DNA of 36,628 nt from a virus: the IMG/VR virus record IMGVR_UViG_3300020050_011359, positions 1 to 36,628 of that record; one strand, given 5' to 3'. Below, piece after piece: positions 22,063-28,345 of the stretch. Position numbers and translations under genes: made by a program. Position 1 is the stretch's first letter, and the number at the start of each line of letters is the position of its first letter. A model generated the notes under the pieces. That model ran no database searches and was not told where the DNA came from. It worked only from the letters and a program-made list of their open reading frames with translations.

Positions 22063-23187
22063 ATGAAAAAAATTGAGACACTAACGGAAGAGCAAAAAGC
22101 AAAATTTCCAGAATATGTAAATAAGTGGATCAGTATTGGATTAAGCACTGAAAACCCTAGTAAGGAAGTTGCACAAAATTCAATTATAAAAGTTTATGAA
22201 TCAGCAGGGGTGCCCGCCCCAAAAACTTTTATTTGGGTTGAATCCCCTCTACATGCAGGAGTTTGTTATGCTTTATTAAAAGATAATAAGTTGGCTTCTG
22301 TCGGGGCTTCTCTCAGGGCTTCTGTCTGGGATTCTGTCTGGGATTCTGTCTGGGATTCTGTCGGGGCTTCTGTCAGGGATTCTGTCTGGGATTCTGTCGG
22401 GGCTTCTGTCGGGGCTTCTGTCTGGGATTCTGTCTGGGATTCTGTCGGGGCTTCTGTCGCGGATTCTGTCAGGGATTCTGTCAGGGCTTCTGTCGGGGAT
22501 TCTGTCAGGGATTCTGTCAGGGATTCTGTCTGGGCTTCTGTCTGGGATTCTGTCGGGGATTCTCTCAGGGATTCTTGCTATGGATCTCATGATGCTAATT
22601 GGCTTGCATTTTACAAGTATATGCATGACGAATTAAATGTTGATTGCTCTAAGCTTAATGGATTATGGGAAGCGGCAGAAAATTGTGGTTGGTTTATTCC
22701 TTTTGAAAATATTGTAATCATTTCTCCAAAACCTTATCAAATTAAAACAAAACTAAACGATAGAGGGCACCATATTTTACATGCTGATGGCGAGCCTGCT
22801 GTTTTTTATTGTAATGATTTTAAAATTTATTCTCGTGAAGGAATTAGAATTCCTGAAAAGTATGGCTCTGTTAAGGCAGAAGACTGGAAAGCGGAATGGT
22901 TCATTGAAGAAACTAACGTAGAAATCAAAAGATTAATAGCTGAAGCTATTGGATATGAGAAATTATTTGATGCTTTAAATGCAAAGGAAATTTCTCAACA
23001 TAGAGAATATAAATTATACAGAGCCGAAAATGTCGACGTAGAACCAATGCATATACTTACAATGATATGTCCTTCTACTAAGAAAATACATTACGGGAGA
23101 GTGCCTCCGACAATAACAAGCGCAAGAGAGGCAGCAACCTGGAGAAACCAAGGCATTGAGCCTGAAAGTTTTATGGTGGAACAATAA
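22063..23187 (+). CDS. Tetrapeptide-repeat protein, 374 aa: N-domain, 24 x [A/D]-S-[V/L]-[W/G/R/A] repeats, then a ~200-aa C-domain
   Basis: The ORF contains the 288-nt tandem repeat. The C-terminal domain (DANWLAFYKY...GEPAVFY...VPPTITSAREAATW) resembles a widespread bacterial/phage family of unknown function that I recall but cannot verify here. Confidence 0.7.
   Translation: MKKIETLTEEQKAKFPEYVNKWISIGLSTENPSKEVAQNSIIKVYESAGVPAPKTFIWVESPLHAGVCYALLKDNKLASVGASLRASVWDSVWDSVWDSVGASVRDSVWDSVGASVGASVWDSVWDSVGASVADSVRDSVRASVGDSVRDSVRDSVWASVWDSVGDSLRDSCYGSHDANWLAFYKYMHDELNVDCSKLNGLWEAAENCGWFIPFENIVIISPKPYQIKTKLNDRGHHILHADGEPAVFYCNDFKIYSREGIRIPEKYGSVKAEDWKAEWFIEETNVEIKRLIAEAIGYEKLFDALNAKEISQHREYKLYRAENVDVEPMHILTMICPSTKKIHYGRVPPTITSAREAATWRNQGIEPESFMVEQ
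22294..22581 (+). repeat. In-frame tandem repeat, 24 units of 12 nt (consensus GMTTCTGTCNGG)
   Basis: Read directly: gcttctgtcggg / gattctgtctgg / gattctgtcaggg-type units follow back to back. They encode ASVG ASLR ASVW DSVW DSVW DSVG ... DSLR DSCY. Confidence 0.95.
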
Positions 23188-23421
23188 ATGAAACGAAAAG
23201 CAACCCCAAAGCAACACGCAAAAAGGCTTAAAAACTTTAGCAACAATTTTAAATATTTCAGACATGACGCTAATTTATCCCAAACAGAACTAGCGCAAAG
23301 ACTAGGAGTAAGAAAACAAACAGTTTTTCACTATGAACATGGTATGCGCTACCCTGGAATTGATATAATCATGACTCTTTGTGATGTTTTTTGCTGTACA
23401 CCGGATGAGTTATTATTATGA
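23188..23421 (+). CDS. XRE-family helix-turn-helix regulator, 77 aa
   Basis: ...ANLSQTELAQRLGVRKQTVFHYEHGMRYPGIDIIMTLCDVF... is a classic XRE HTH. The ATG abuts the TAA of the repeat-protein gene. Confidence 0.75.
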   Translation: MKRKATPKQHAKRLKNFSNNFKYFRHDANLSQTELAQRLGVRKQTVFHYEHGMRYPGIDIIMTLCDVFCCTPDELLL

Positions 23422-23431
23422 AAAAAATATG

Positions 23432-23460
23432 TTAACAAGCTTAATGAGTCAACATATAAG
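23432..23460 (+). promoter_or_regulatory. Sigma70-type promoter candidate with an overlapping imperfect palindrome
   Basis: TTAACA (23432..23437), a 17-nt spacer, then TATAAG (23455..23460). atatgttaac (23428..23437) and gtcaacatat (23449..23458) are 9/10 inverted. Confidence 0.35.
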
Positions 23461-23488
23461 TTAACTATAACATTTAAAAGGACAAACA

Positions 23489-23722
23489 ATGAAAACAATA
23501 AAAATAGTACCAACACAAACCGAGCTAACAGAAGAGCAATTATGTGAAATTTGCAACGAGTATGATGTTATAATCGAGGTAAGTGATAACAGGCTTTTCT
23601 CTGTTTACTCACCAGGTAATAGCAAGCATACCGAGCGTGATTTTTCTTGGAGTAATATGAAGCATGAATATTGTGAAGAAATAAGCGAGTATGAAAAATC
23701 AAGACCAACGGATGAGGAATGA
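23489..23722 (+). CDS. Hypothetical protein, 77 aa
   Basis: ORF with aaaagga SD. Confidence 0.55.
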   Translation: MKTIKIVPTQTELTEEQLCEICNEYDVIIEVSDNRLFSVYSPGNSKHTERDFSWSNMKHEYCEEISEYEKSRPTDEE

Positions 23723-23723
23723 T

Positions 23724-23843
23724 ATGAGAAATAAATTTTTCACAAAACAAGACATATTTGAAATAATTGAAATAATAATTGCTGCAGCTTTCTCAATTAT
23801 TATGATCTACATGTTGACCATTATTTTTTGGAGTTACCAATGA
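23724..23843 (+). CDS. Tiny single-pass membrane protein, 39 aa (below the ORF-track cutoff)
   Basis: Hand translation gives MRNKFFTKQDIFEIIEIIIAAAFSIIMIYMLTIIFWSYQ. The ATG is 1 nt after the upstream stop. ATGA overlap with the next ATG at 23840. Confidence 0.45.
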   Translation: MRNKFFTKQDIFEIIEIIIAAAFSIIMIYMLTIIFWSYQ

Positions 23844-24082
23844 AAAACATAGAAGAAGCTTTAGATATTTTCATGATTGCGTATCGATTAGGTGAAGTAA
23901 AAGATATGAAAAATTTACTTAACTCAGATATGCGAAAAGTGGGAAGAATGCACATAAATAACTATTATAAAAATAAGGAAAAACAAAATGAGAAAAATAA
24001 TATTAGCAATACTAGTGATAACATCAACAGCAATTGCAGACGACTTAACGACTTGCAATCCGGTGTCAAAGTATTCGCTTAG
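23840..24082 (+). CDS. Hypothetical protein, 80 aa
   Basis: I prefer the ATG at 23840 (the track uses TTG at 23828). The low-complexity C-terminal third overlaps the next gene by 95 nt, so the true end or reality of that tail is uncertain. Confidence 0.4.
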   Translation: MKNIEEALDIFMIAYRLGEVKDMKNLLNSDMRKVGRMHINNYYKNKEKQNEKNNISNTSDNINSNCRRLNDLQSGVKVFA

Positions 24083-24329
24083 AGATGAAAACATTGGCAG
24101 CATGACTTTAAGATGTCCAAACGGGCAATTTATGGGAGCTGTCACTTGTTCAAGCGAATTATATAGAAACGCCCAAGAGGTAACTTTACTGTCTAGCAAT
24201 AGTGCAAGATGCGATTTTGAGCTTCAAGTTGAGAATGAAGAAAGTGATTATGATAACGAGTATAATTTAATTGCTGAACCAATTGTGATTGATAGAGCGA
24301 GATTGCAGATTAATTGTTGCACTAGGTAA
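23988..24329 (+). CDS. Secreted Cys-rich protein, 113 aa (signal peptide)
   Basis: The N-terminus MRKIILAILVITSTAIA-DD is a typical Sec signal. There are six Cys in the mature part. SD aagga lies 9 nt upstream. Confidence 0.6.
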   Translation: MRKIILAILVITSTAIADDLTTCNPVSKYSLRDENIGSMTLRCPNGQFMGAVTCSSELYRNAQEVTLLSSNSARCDFELQVENEESDYDNEYNLIAEPIVIDRARLQINCCTR

Positions 24330-24368
24330 TTTTTCAGCGGGACCTTACAGACCTGGGTTCACCATAAT

Positions 24369-24403
24369 GTGTTTGCCGAGCATTGCTGATTCGGCTTTAT
24401 TTT
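24369..24403 (+). promoter_or_regulatory. Conserved intergenic motif, copy 2 (GTGTTTGCCGAGC-N9-TCGGC-TTTATTTT)
   Basis: gtgtttgccgagc (24369..24381). The dyad is gccga (24375..24379) with tcggc (24391..24395). TTGCCG, 17 nt, then TTTATT. It lies 40 nt after the upstream stop and exactly 100 bp before copy 3. Confidence 0.45.
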
Positions 24404-24468
24404 AAAATAGTTGCAATTAATGACCCTGAAAGTGTGGTGGAATAAAAACACAAGATAGTTTTGAAGAG

Positions 24469-24500
24469 GTGTTAGCCGAGCCTTTACATCGGCATTATAT
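24469..24500 (+). promoter_or_regulatory. Conserved intergenic motif, copy 3 (GTGTTAGCCGAGC-N7-TCGGC-ATTATAT)
   Basis: gtgttagccgagc (24469..24481). The dyad is gccga/tcggc (24489..24493). TTAGCC, 17 nt, then TTATAT (24495..24500). It ends 1 nt before the tRNA-like gene. Confidence 0.45.
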
Positions 24501-24501
24501 G

Positions 24502-24572
24502 GGGGAGTTAGCAAAGTGGTAAATGTCGGAGATAACATCTTTAAGTCGTTGGTTCGATTCCAACACTTCCCC
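24502..24572 (+). tRNA. tRNA-like gene with a shortened anticodon arm (possible degenerate tRNA; AAC in the anticodon position)
   Basis: Acceptor ggggagt/acttccc (7 bp, one G-U), U8, D-arm gcaa-agtggtaa-atgt with GG, T-arm gttgg-ttcgatt-ccaac, and a 5-nt variable loop. The anticodon arm is only 15 nt: either a 6-bp stem with triloop AAC, or a 4-bp stem with loop aUAACAu. No CCA is encoded. Confidence 0.45.
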
Positions 24573-24616
24573 ACGTTTAAGAAGAACAGAAATAAACAGA
24601 ATAAAGAAGGTGAGTG

Positions 24617-25120
24617 ATGAGTGAGTTTGAGAAAATTCAAAAACTAGTCAGAGACATGCAATCAAGCGAAACACCTGTTTTGCCAGTTTACGAACCTAAT
24701 TTATTTTCTATAGCAAAAGAAGCTTATAGGTTAGCCCGAGCCGAGGTGATTGAGGAGGTGAAAGAATTATTTACTGACATGTGGGATTCTACATTTTTTA
24801 ACAAGAACTCAAATATTACAAAGACTAACCAAACTAAGCGAGGTGGAGAAATGAGCGAAGAAACAAAAGCACCAGAAATACCTGGGTTTCGGGAAACCGA
24901 AAGAAATATATGGATTAAATTAAAGTCGGAAAATAGGGCAGTTGCGATTGTTCAAGGGACTCAGTTCTACTACAAACGCAGCAAGCCGAAGGAGAAATCT
25001 ATTAGGGAGATAATTCAAGAGGAATTAAAGCTTTGGAGTCACTCTAATAGAGATTTATTTGCAAATGCCTTTGAACGCATACTAGAAAACTACGTAAAGA
25101 AAGAGGGGGGAGATGATTAA
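24617..25120 (+). CDS. Hypothetical protein, 167 aa
   Basis: The ATG at 24617 is preceded by aaggtg (SD). The track uses the GTG at 24614. Confidence 0.65.
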   Translation: MSEFEKIQKLVRDMQSSETPVLPVYEPNLFSIAKEAYRLARAEVIEEVKELFTDMWDSTFFNKNSNITKTNQTKRGGEMSEETKAPEIPGFRETERNIWIKLKSENRAVAIVQGTQFYYKRSKPKEKSIREIIQEELKLWSHSNRDLFANAFERILENYVKKEGGDD

Positions 25121-25352
25121 AGCTTGGTTATTAAGAATTAATGGGTATGAAGAACCCGAAGATAGAGTAGAAATTAATCCAATGATGAGAGACATGGAAG
25201 CAGATGACCCTAATTGCACTGGAGTCGTTGAGGGGGTTTTTATTCCATACCATGAATTAATTCCTTTCAAGATATTGGCAATGCACATGAAAGAGTTAGA
25301 CCCTGAAATTGTAAAATTAGTCGATGAAAACTTTTGGGAGTTATTAGCATGA
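25113..25352 (+). CDS. Hypothetical acidic protein, 79 aa
   Basis: The ATG is preceded by gagggggg (SD). It overlaps the upstream gene by 8 nt. Confidence 0.6.
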   Translation: MIKAWLLRINGYEEPEDRVEINPMMRDMEADDPNCTGVVEGVFIPYHELIPFKILAMHMKELDPEIVKLVDENFWELLA

Positions 25353-25395
25353 CACTCACACAAGACCAAGAAAAAGAAAAAGAAAGAGGGGTGAG

Positions 25396-25794
25396 ATGAG
25401 TGGAACGGACGCAGAACCAAACAAAAAAGGCGTAGTATCGAATTGTTGTCATGCTGGAGTTGATGACTTTGGACGTTGTCAAGATTGTCGTGAGCCTTGC
25501 GAGGAGATTAAAGAAACTGACGAGGAAGAAATGACCACCGACGACGATTTGCAAAAGAGGGCTGAAATTTACCTAGATGTACAAGCTAATACTGATAATT
25601 TTTGTGTTGAAAAAGCCTTCATCGCAGGTGCAAAATCACAAGATGCTATTAGTAGGAAAGATGAGAGAGAAAAGATTCTATCAGAATTTAAGGATTTTAT
25701 AGAAAACAGAGCAGAACGCTGGAATTCTGATTTTATCAGATATGACTTAATGCTGATGTTTATCGAAGAACTAGAAACAGGAGAAACAAAATGA
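25396..25794 (+). CDS. Hypothetical protein, 132 aa, with an N-terminal Cys cluster
   Basis: The ATG is preceded by agagggg (SD). NCCHAGVDDFGRCQDCREPC suggests a small metal-binding knuckle. Confidence 0.6.
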   Translation: MSGTDAEPNKKGVVSNCCHAGVDDFGRCQDCREPCEEIKETDEEEMTTDDDLQKRAEIYLDVQANTDNFCVEKAFIAGAKSQDAISRKDEREKILSEFKDFIENRAERWNSDFIRYDLMLMFIEELETGETK

Positions 25795-25870
25795 CGGATG
25801 AAGAGTTGGAATAAAGAAGATTAATTTTAAAATCAGTAGTCTTTAGCACTATTTATTCTACTGATTTATC

Positions 25871-25914
25871 AGTGTGCATGGTTCGTTTGTCCTTACCATG
25901 CACACTGTTTTTTA
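25871..25914 (+). terminator. Rho-independent terminator at the convergent junction
   Basis: An 11-bp stem, agtgtgcatgg (25871..25881) with ccatgcacact (25896..25906), followed by gTTTTTTaTTTT. It sits between the plus-strand gene end (25794) and the minus-strand gene end (25912). Confidence 0.75.
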
Positions 25915-26106
25915 TTTTCTTCTTGGTCTTTCTAGTTCCTGTTCTTCAAGTGCCTCAATTGCAGACCTTTCAACCGCAATTAAATCTCCTTGAGCTATTT
26001 TTATTATTTTAGATCCAAGGTAATAATTACCCCAAACTCCTAATATAATTATTTCTATAGCCAGAAACTTGAAAACGTAACTAAAGATATCTGTTAATGC
26101 TTGCAT
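25912..26106 (-). CDS. Small membrane protein, 64 aa (internal ATG of track ORF 25912..26187)
   Basis: The ATG at 26106 is preceded by a strong SD (aaagaggag) and lies 1 nt after the lipoprotein stop. The sequence is MQALTDIFSYVFKFLAIEIIILGVWGNYYLG..., with one TM segment followed by a charged tail. Confidence 0.6.
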   Translation of the reverse strand: MQALTDIFSYVFKFLAIEIIILGVWGNYYLGSKIIKIAQGDLIAVERSAIEALEEQELERPRRK

Positions 26107-26107
26107 T

Positions 26108-26335
26108 TTAGTACTCCTCTTTAGTGATTTGTTTGCGGAGTGGGATAACTTTGTCTTTAGGATTAATCCCCCTACGGTCATCAACATTATCTATGCCATT
26201 AAATCCCGCATGAAGATCCATTCCTTCTGCAAAATCTACTTTAAGTCCCCAGGCATCAATTGACCTCATACATCCTGTCATTAATGATGCTGTGGCAATT
26301 AAACCAATAATTCGTAATATCTCTGTATTTTTCAT
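26108..26335 (-). CDS. Lipoprotein, 75 aa
   Basis: Signal peptide with lipobox: MKNTEILRIIGLIATASLMTG-C. SD aaaagg lies upstream. It runs in the opposite orientation to its neighbours. Confidence 0.65.
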   Translation of the reverse strand: MKNTEILRIIGLIATASLMTGCMRSIDAWGLKVDFAEGMDLHAGFNGIDNVDDRRGINPKDKVIPLRKQITKEEY

Positions 26336-26457
26336 ATATAACCTTTTAATAAATTAAGCCTAGCCACATACAAATTAAATGGCTAAACTGTTGAGTGTAG
26401 TACTACGGAATATTAATGATAAAACTTAAGTAAAAGATTCAACTTAACTATTAAATA

Positions 26458-26859
26458 ATGGCTAACATTGTTATGAAAACATGCAAACTTTGTAATTTGT
26501 TTTTACCTATTTCAGCTTTTTATTTGCAAAAAGCCGGCAAAGGGGGAGTTTATGCAAGATGCAAAGAATGCATGAAGAAAATAGATAGAAAGTCGTATTC
26601 TTCTAAATCAAAGCGCATAGGAAATTGGCGATACACAAAACTTTGGGCAATGAAAAACAGACCCAAAGCTCGCGCTCATGGCAAAATAAAATATCTCATT
26701 TCAAAAGGTAAAATATTAAAACAACCATGCATTTATTGCGGAGAAGAAAAAGCACTGGCTCATCATTGTGATTATAATAAACCATTAGACATAAAATGGA
26801 TGTGTCATAAACATCATAGTGCATGGCATAGGATTTTTATATCTAATGAAATTACTTAA
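26458..26859 (+). CDS. HNH (His-Me finger)/zinc-ribbon protein, 133 aa; paralog of 19889..20356
   Basis: CKLC...CKEC N-terminus. KQPCIYCG...AHHCDYNKPLDIKWMCHKHHSAWH aligns with the C-terminus of the 155-aa paralog. The start could instead be the ATG at 26473 (MKTCKLC). Confidence 0.65.
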   Translation: MANIVMKTCKLCNLFLPISAFYLQKAGKGGVYARCKECMKKIDRKSYSSKSKRIGNWRYTKLWAMKNRPKARAHGKIKYLISKGKILKQPCIYCGEEKALAHHCDYNKPLDIKWMCHKHHSAWHRIFISNEIT

Positions 26860-26861
26860 GC

Positions 26862-27221
26862 GTGAAAAAAATAAGTGAATCATCTGAGCAAATGGCTTTT
26901 TTTCATTGGGTACGCATTCAAGGCTGTACGGATGAGCGTTTTAAAACAATATTTGCAATAAGCAACGGAATGCATAGTTCTGCAAAGGCTGGATTCAGGG
27001 CAAAACGTGAGGGTCTCAGGCGTGGCGTTAGCGACGTATTCGTTCCCATCGCATCACGAGGCTATCACGGCCTATTCATCGAGTTTAAAATTAAGCCCAA
27101 CAAACTAAGCGAAAAGCAAGAAGAGTTTTTTAAACGTGTACATGGTCAAGGATTTGCGTGTAGAATTGCCTGGAGCGCGGATGATGGCATCAATATTTTA
27201 AAGGAATATTTGGGATTATGA
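26862..27221 (+). CDS. VRR-NUC domain nuclease, 119 aa
   Basis: The pattern SEQMAFFHWV...FAISNG...GLRRGVSDVFV...GLFIEFK...KLSEKQEEF...G matches the VRR-NUC (PD-(D/E)xK) signature. GTG start at 26862. Confidence 0.65.
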   Translation: MKKISESSEQMAFFHWVRIQGCTDERFKTIFAISNGMHSSAKAGFRAKREGLRRGVSDVFVPIASRGYHGLFIEFKIKPNKLSEKQEEFFKRVHGQGFACRIAWSADDGINILKEYLGL

Positions 27222-28345
27222 AATATTTATTTGTTCTCGTATTTTTTATAACGTCACTAAGTAGTGCTCAAACTCGAAAATCTTACGATGCTCTTGGTTT
27301 AGCAATGTATTGCAATGAGTATTTAAAAGCTCCACAATTAGAAGGTATCAGCACTCTTTTGAACACCTTTGGGGATCCATTGCCATGCATAGAAAAGAGA
27401 ATTGCTAAAGGCAATTTAAAATTTGCACAAATAGATTTAATTGATGCGACATGTTGGAGAAATAAAACATGTGCTCCAGGAGTCCCAAAACCAACAGACT
27501 TTAAGGCTATCGAATCACGAGCAAGAAAGGTTTATCAATACCAACAAAAATATCCGAATATAGAATGGTGGGTATCTCCTGCCCTTGAATACGATGAAAA
27601 ATCTTCAAGTGCAGTTTTAAAAATGATGCAGGCTGCTCAAAAAGGTTGCCCACCTTGCAAGGTTATTCAATCTCCTTTTTCTGGCGCAACTGTTCCAGGG
27701 TATCCAATTGAAAAACATGGAACAAAAGTAAGAGCATTTTCTGTTAGTGGAGATGGTGCAAGTATTTTTGATGCTGATAATATTAAATCAGATGGTAATG
27801 GATTTGAGCATAATAAATCTGGAAGTGACCAAACTCATGCATGGTTTAATGAACTAAACTTAAGATGTACAGGAGAGAAAACATCAACTCCACCACTAAA
27901 GAGAACTGAGAAACCAACAGGAGCATTGTTCAAGCAAGCTTTTATTAACATGCAAGATGAGCCAAAAATCCCATCAGCTCCTAAAGTTTGCAAAGAAGTA
28001 AAAGCATTTAAAGATAAAGAAATAAATAAACCAAACGCTGAAAGCTATTGCAACGGTCAAACAAAAGATGTTCGAGGGAATAAGCCCATGTTGATTTTAA
28101 AAAGAAGAGGCAACCCAGGCGAAAGACTCCCTCTTTATAATTCAAACGGTGCTAAAGTTGGATGTTATAAATATTATGGAGAATATTCAGAAAAAGGATA
28201 TTATAGGTATTATGAAGGCGATTGCTCAGGGCTTAATCCTGTTGAGCTAATGGAAAAGCTTGGTAGTGAATACGGCTTTTTGGATACAGGTAAGGGAAGA
28301 TGCCAACTGATAAATGCTGTGAGAAGATTGGGAGTTTATAGATGA
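27218..28345 (+). CDS. Secreted Cys-rich protein, 375 aa, function unknown
   Basis: The N-terminus MKYLFVLVFFITSLSSA-QT is a Sec signal peptide. There are 12 Cys in the mature part. ATGA overlap with the VRR-NUC gene. No catalytic motif was confidently recognised. Confidence 0.65.
   Translation: MKYLFVLVFFITSLSSAQTRKSYDALGLAMYCNEYLKAPQLEGISTLLNTFGDPLPCIEKRIAKGNLKFAQIDLIDATCWRNKTCAPGVPKPTDFKAIESRARKVYQYQQKYPNIEWWVSPALEYDEKSSSAVLKMMQAAQKGCPPCKVIQSPFSGATVPGYPIEKHGTKVRAFSVSGDGASIFDADNIKSDGNGFEHNKSGSDQTHAWFNELNLRCTGEKTSTPPLKRTEKPTGALFKQAFINMQDEPKIPSAPKVCKEVKAFKDKEINKPNAESYCNGQTKDVRGNKPMLILKRRGNPGERLPLYNSNGAKVGCYKYYGEYSEKGYYRYYEGDCSGLNPVELMEKLGSEYGFLDTGKGRCQLINAVRRLGVYR

Noticed and set aside
22294-22581. 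The tandem repeat as a CRISPR array.
   Set aside because: The units are 12 nt, contiguous with no spacers, and in frame within a long ORF. They are a coding microsatellite, not repeat-spacer architecture.
22276-22626. Minus-strand 116-aa ORF (PDRIPDRSPDR...).
   Set aside because: It is the antisense reading of the 12-nt tandem repeat inside the 374-aa plus-strand gene. It has no independent start context and is a repeat mirror artefact.
24420-24458. A 12-codon Trp-containing mini-ORF (MTLKVWWNKNTR) between motif copies 2 and 3, as a leader peptide.
   Set aside because: It has no ribosome-binding site, and a 12-codon ORF is expected by chance in AT-rich DNA. There is nothing to tie it to attenuation.
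24502-24572. The tRNA-like sequence as an attP core (3' tRNA fragment used for integration).
   Set aside because: No integrase or recombinase gene was recognised anywhere in the genome. The element also contains a full 5' acceptor strand and D-arm, not just a 3' fragment.
24359-24640. Minus-strand 93-aa ORF covering the large intergenic gap.
   Set aside because: It runs antisense through the conserved motifs and the tRNA-like element, has no SD, and is oriented against all neighbours. It is most likely spurious.
26397-26406. The palindrome GTAGTACTAC in the moron/HNH intergenic region as an extra iteron-type binding site.
   Set aside because: It shares only the TAGTAC core with the 10-mer iterons. 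Similar 8-9-mers also occur by chance inside coding regions (for example near 9650 and 23510). The evidence is insufficient.
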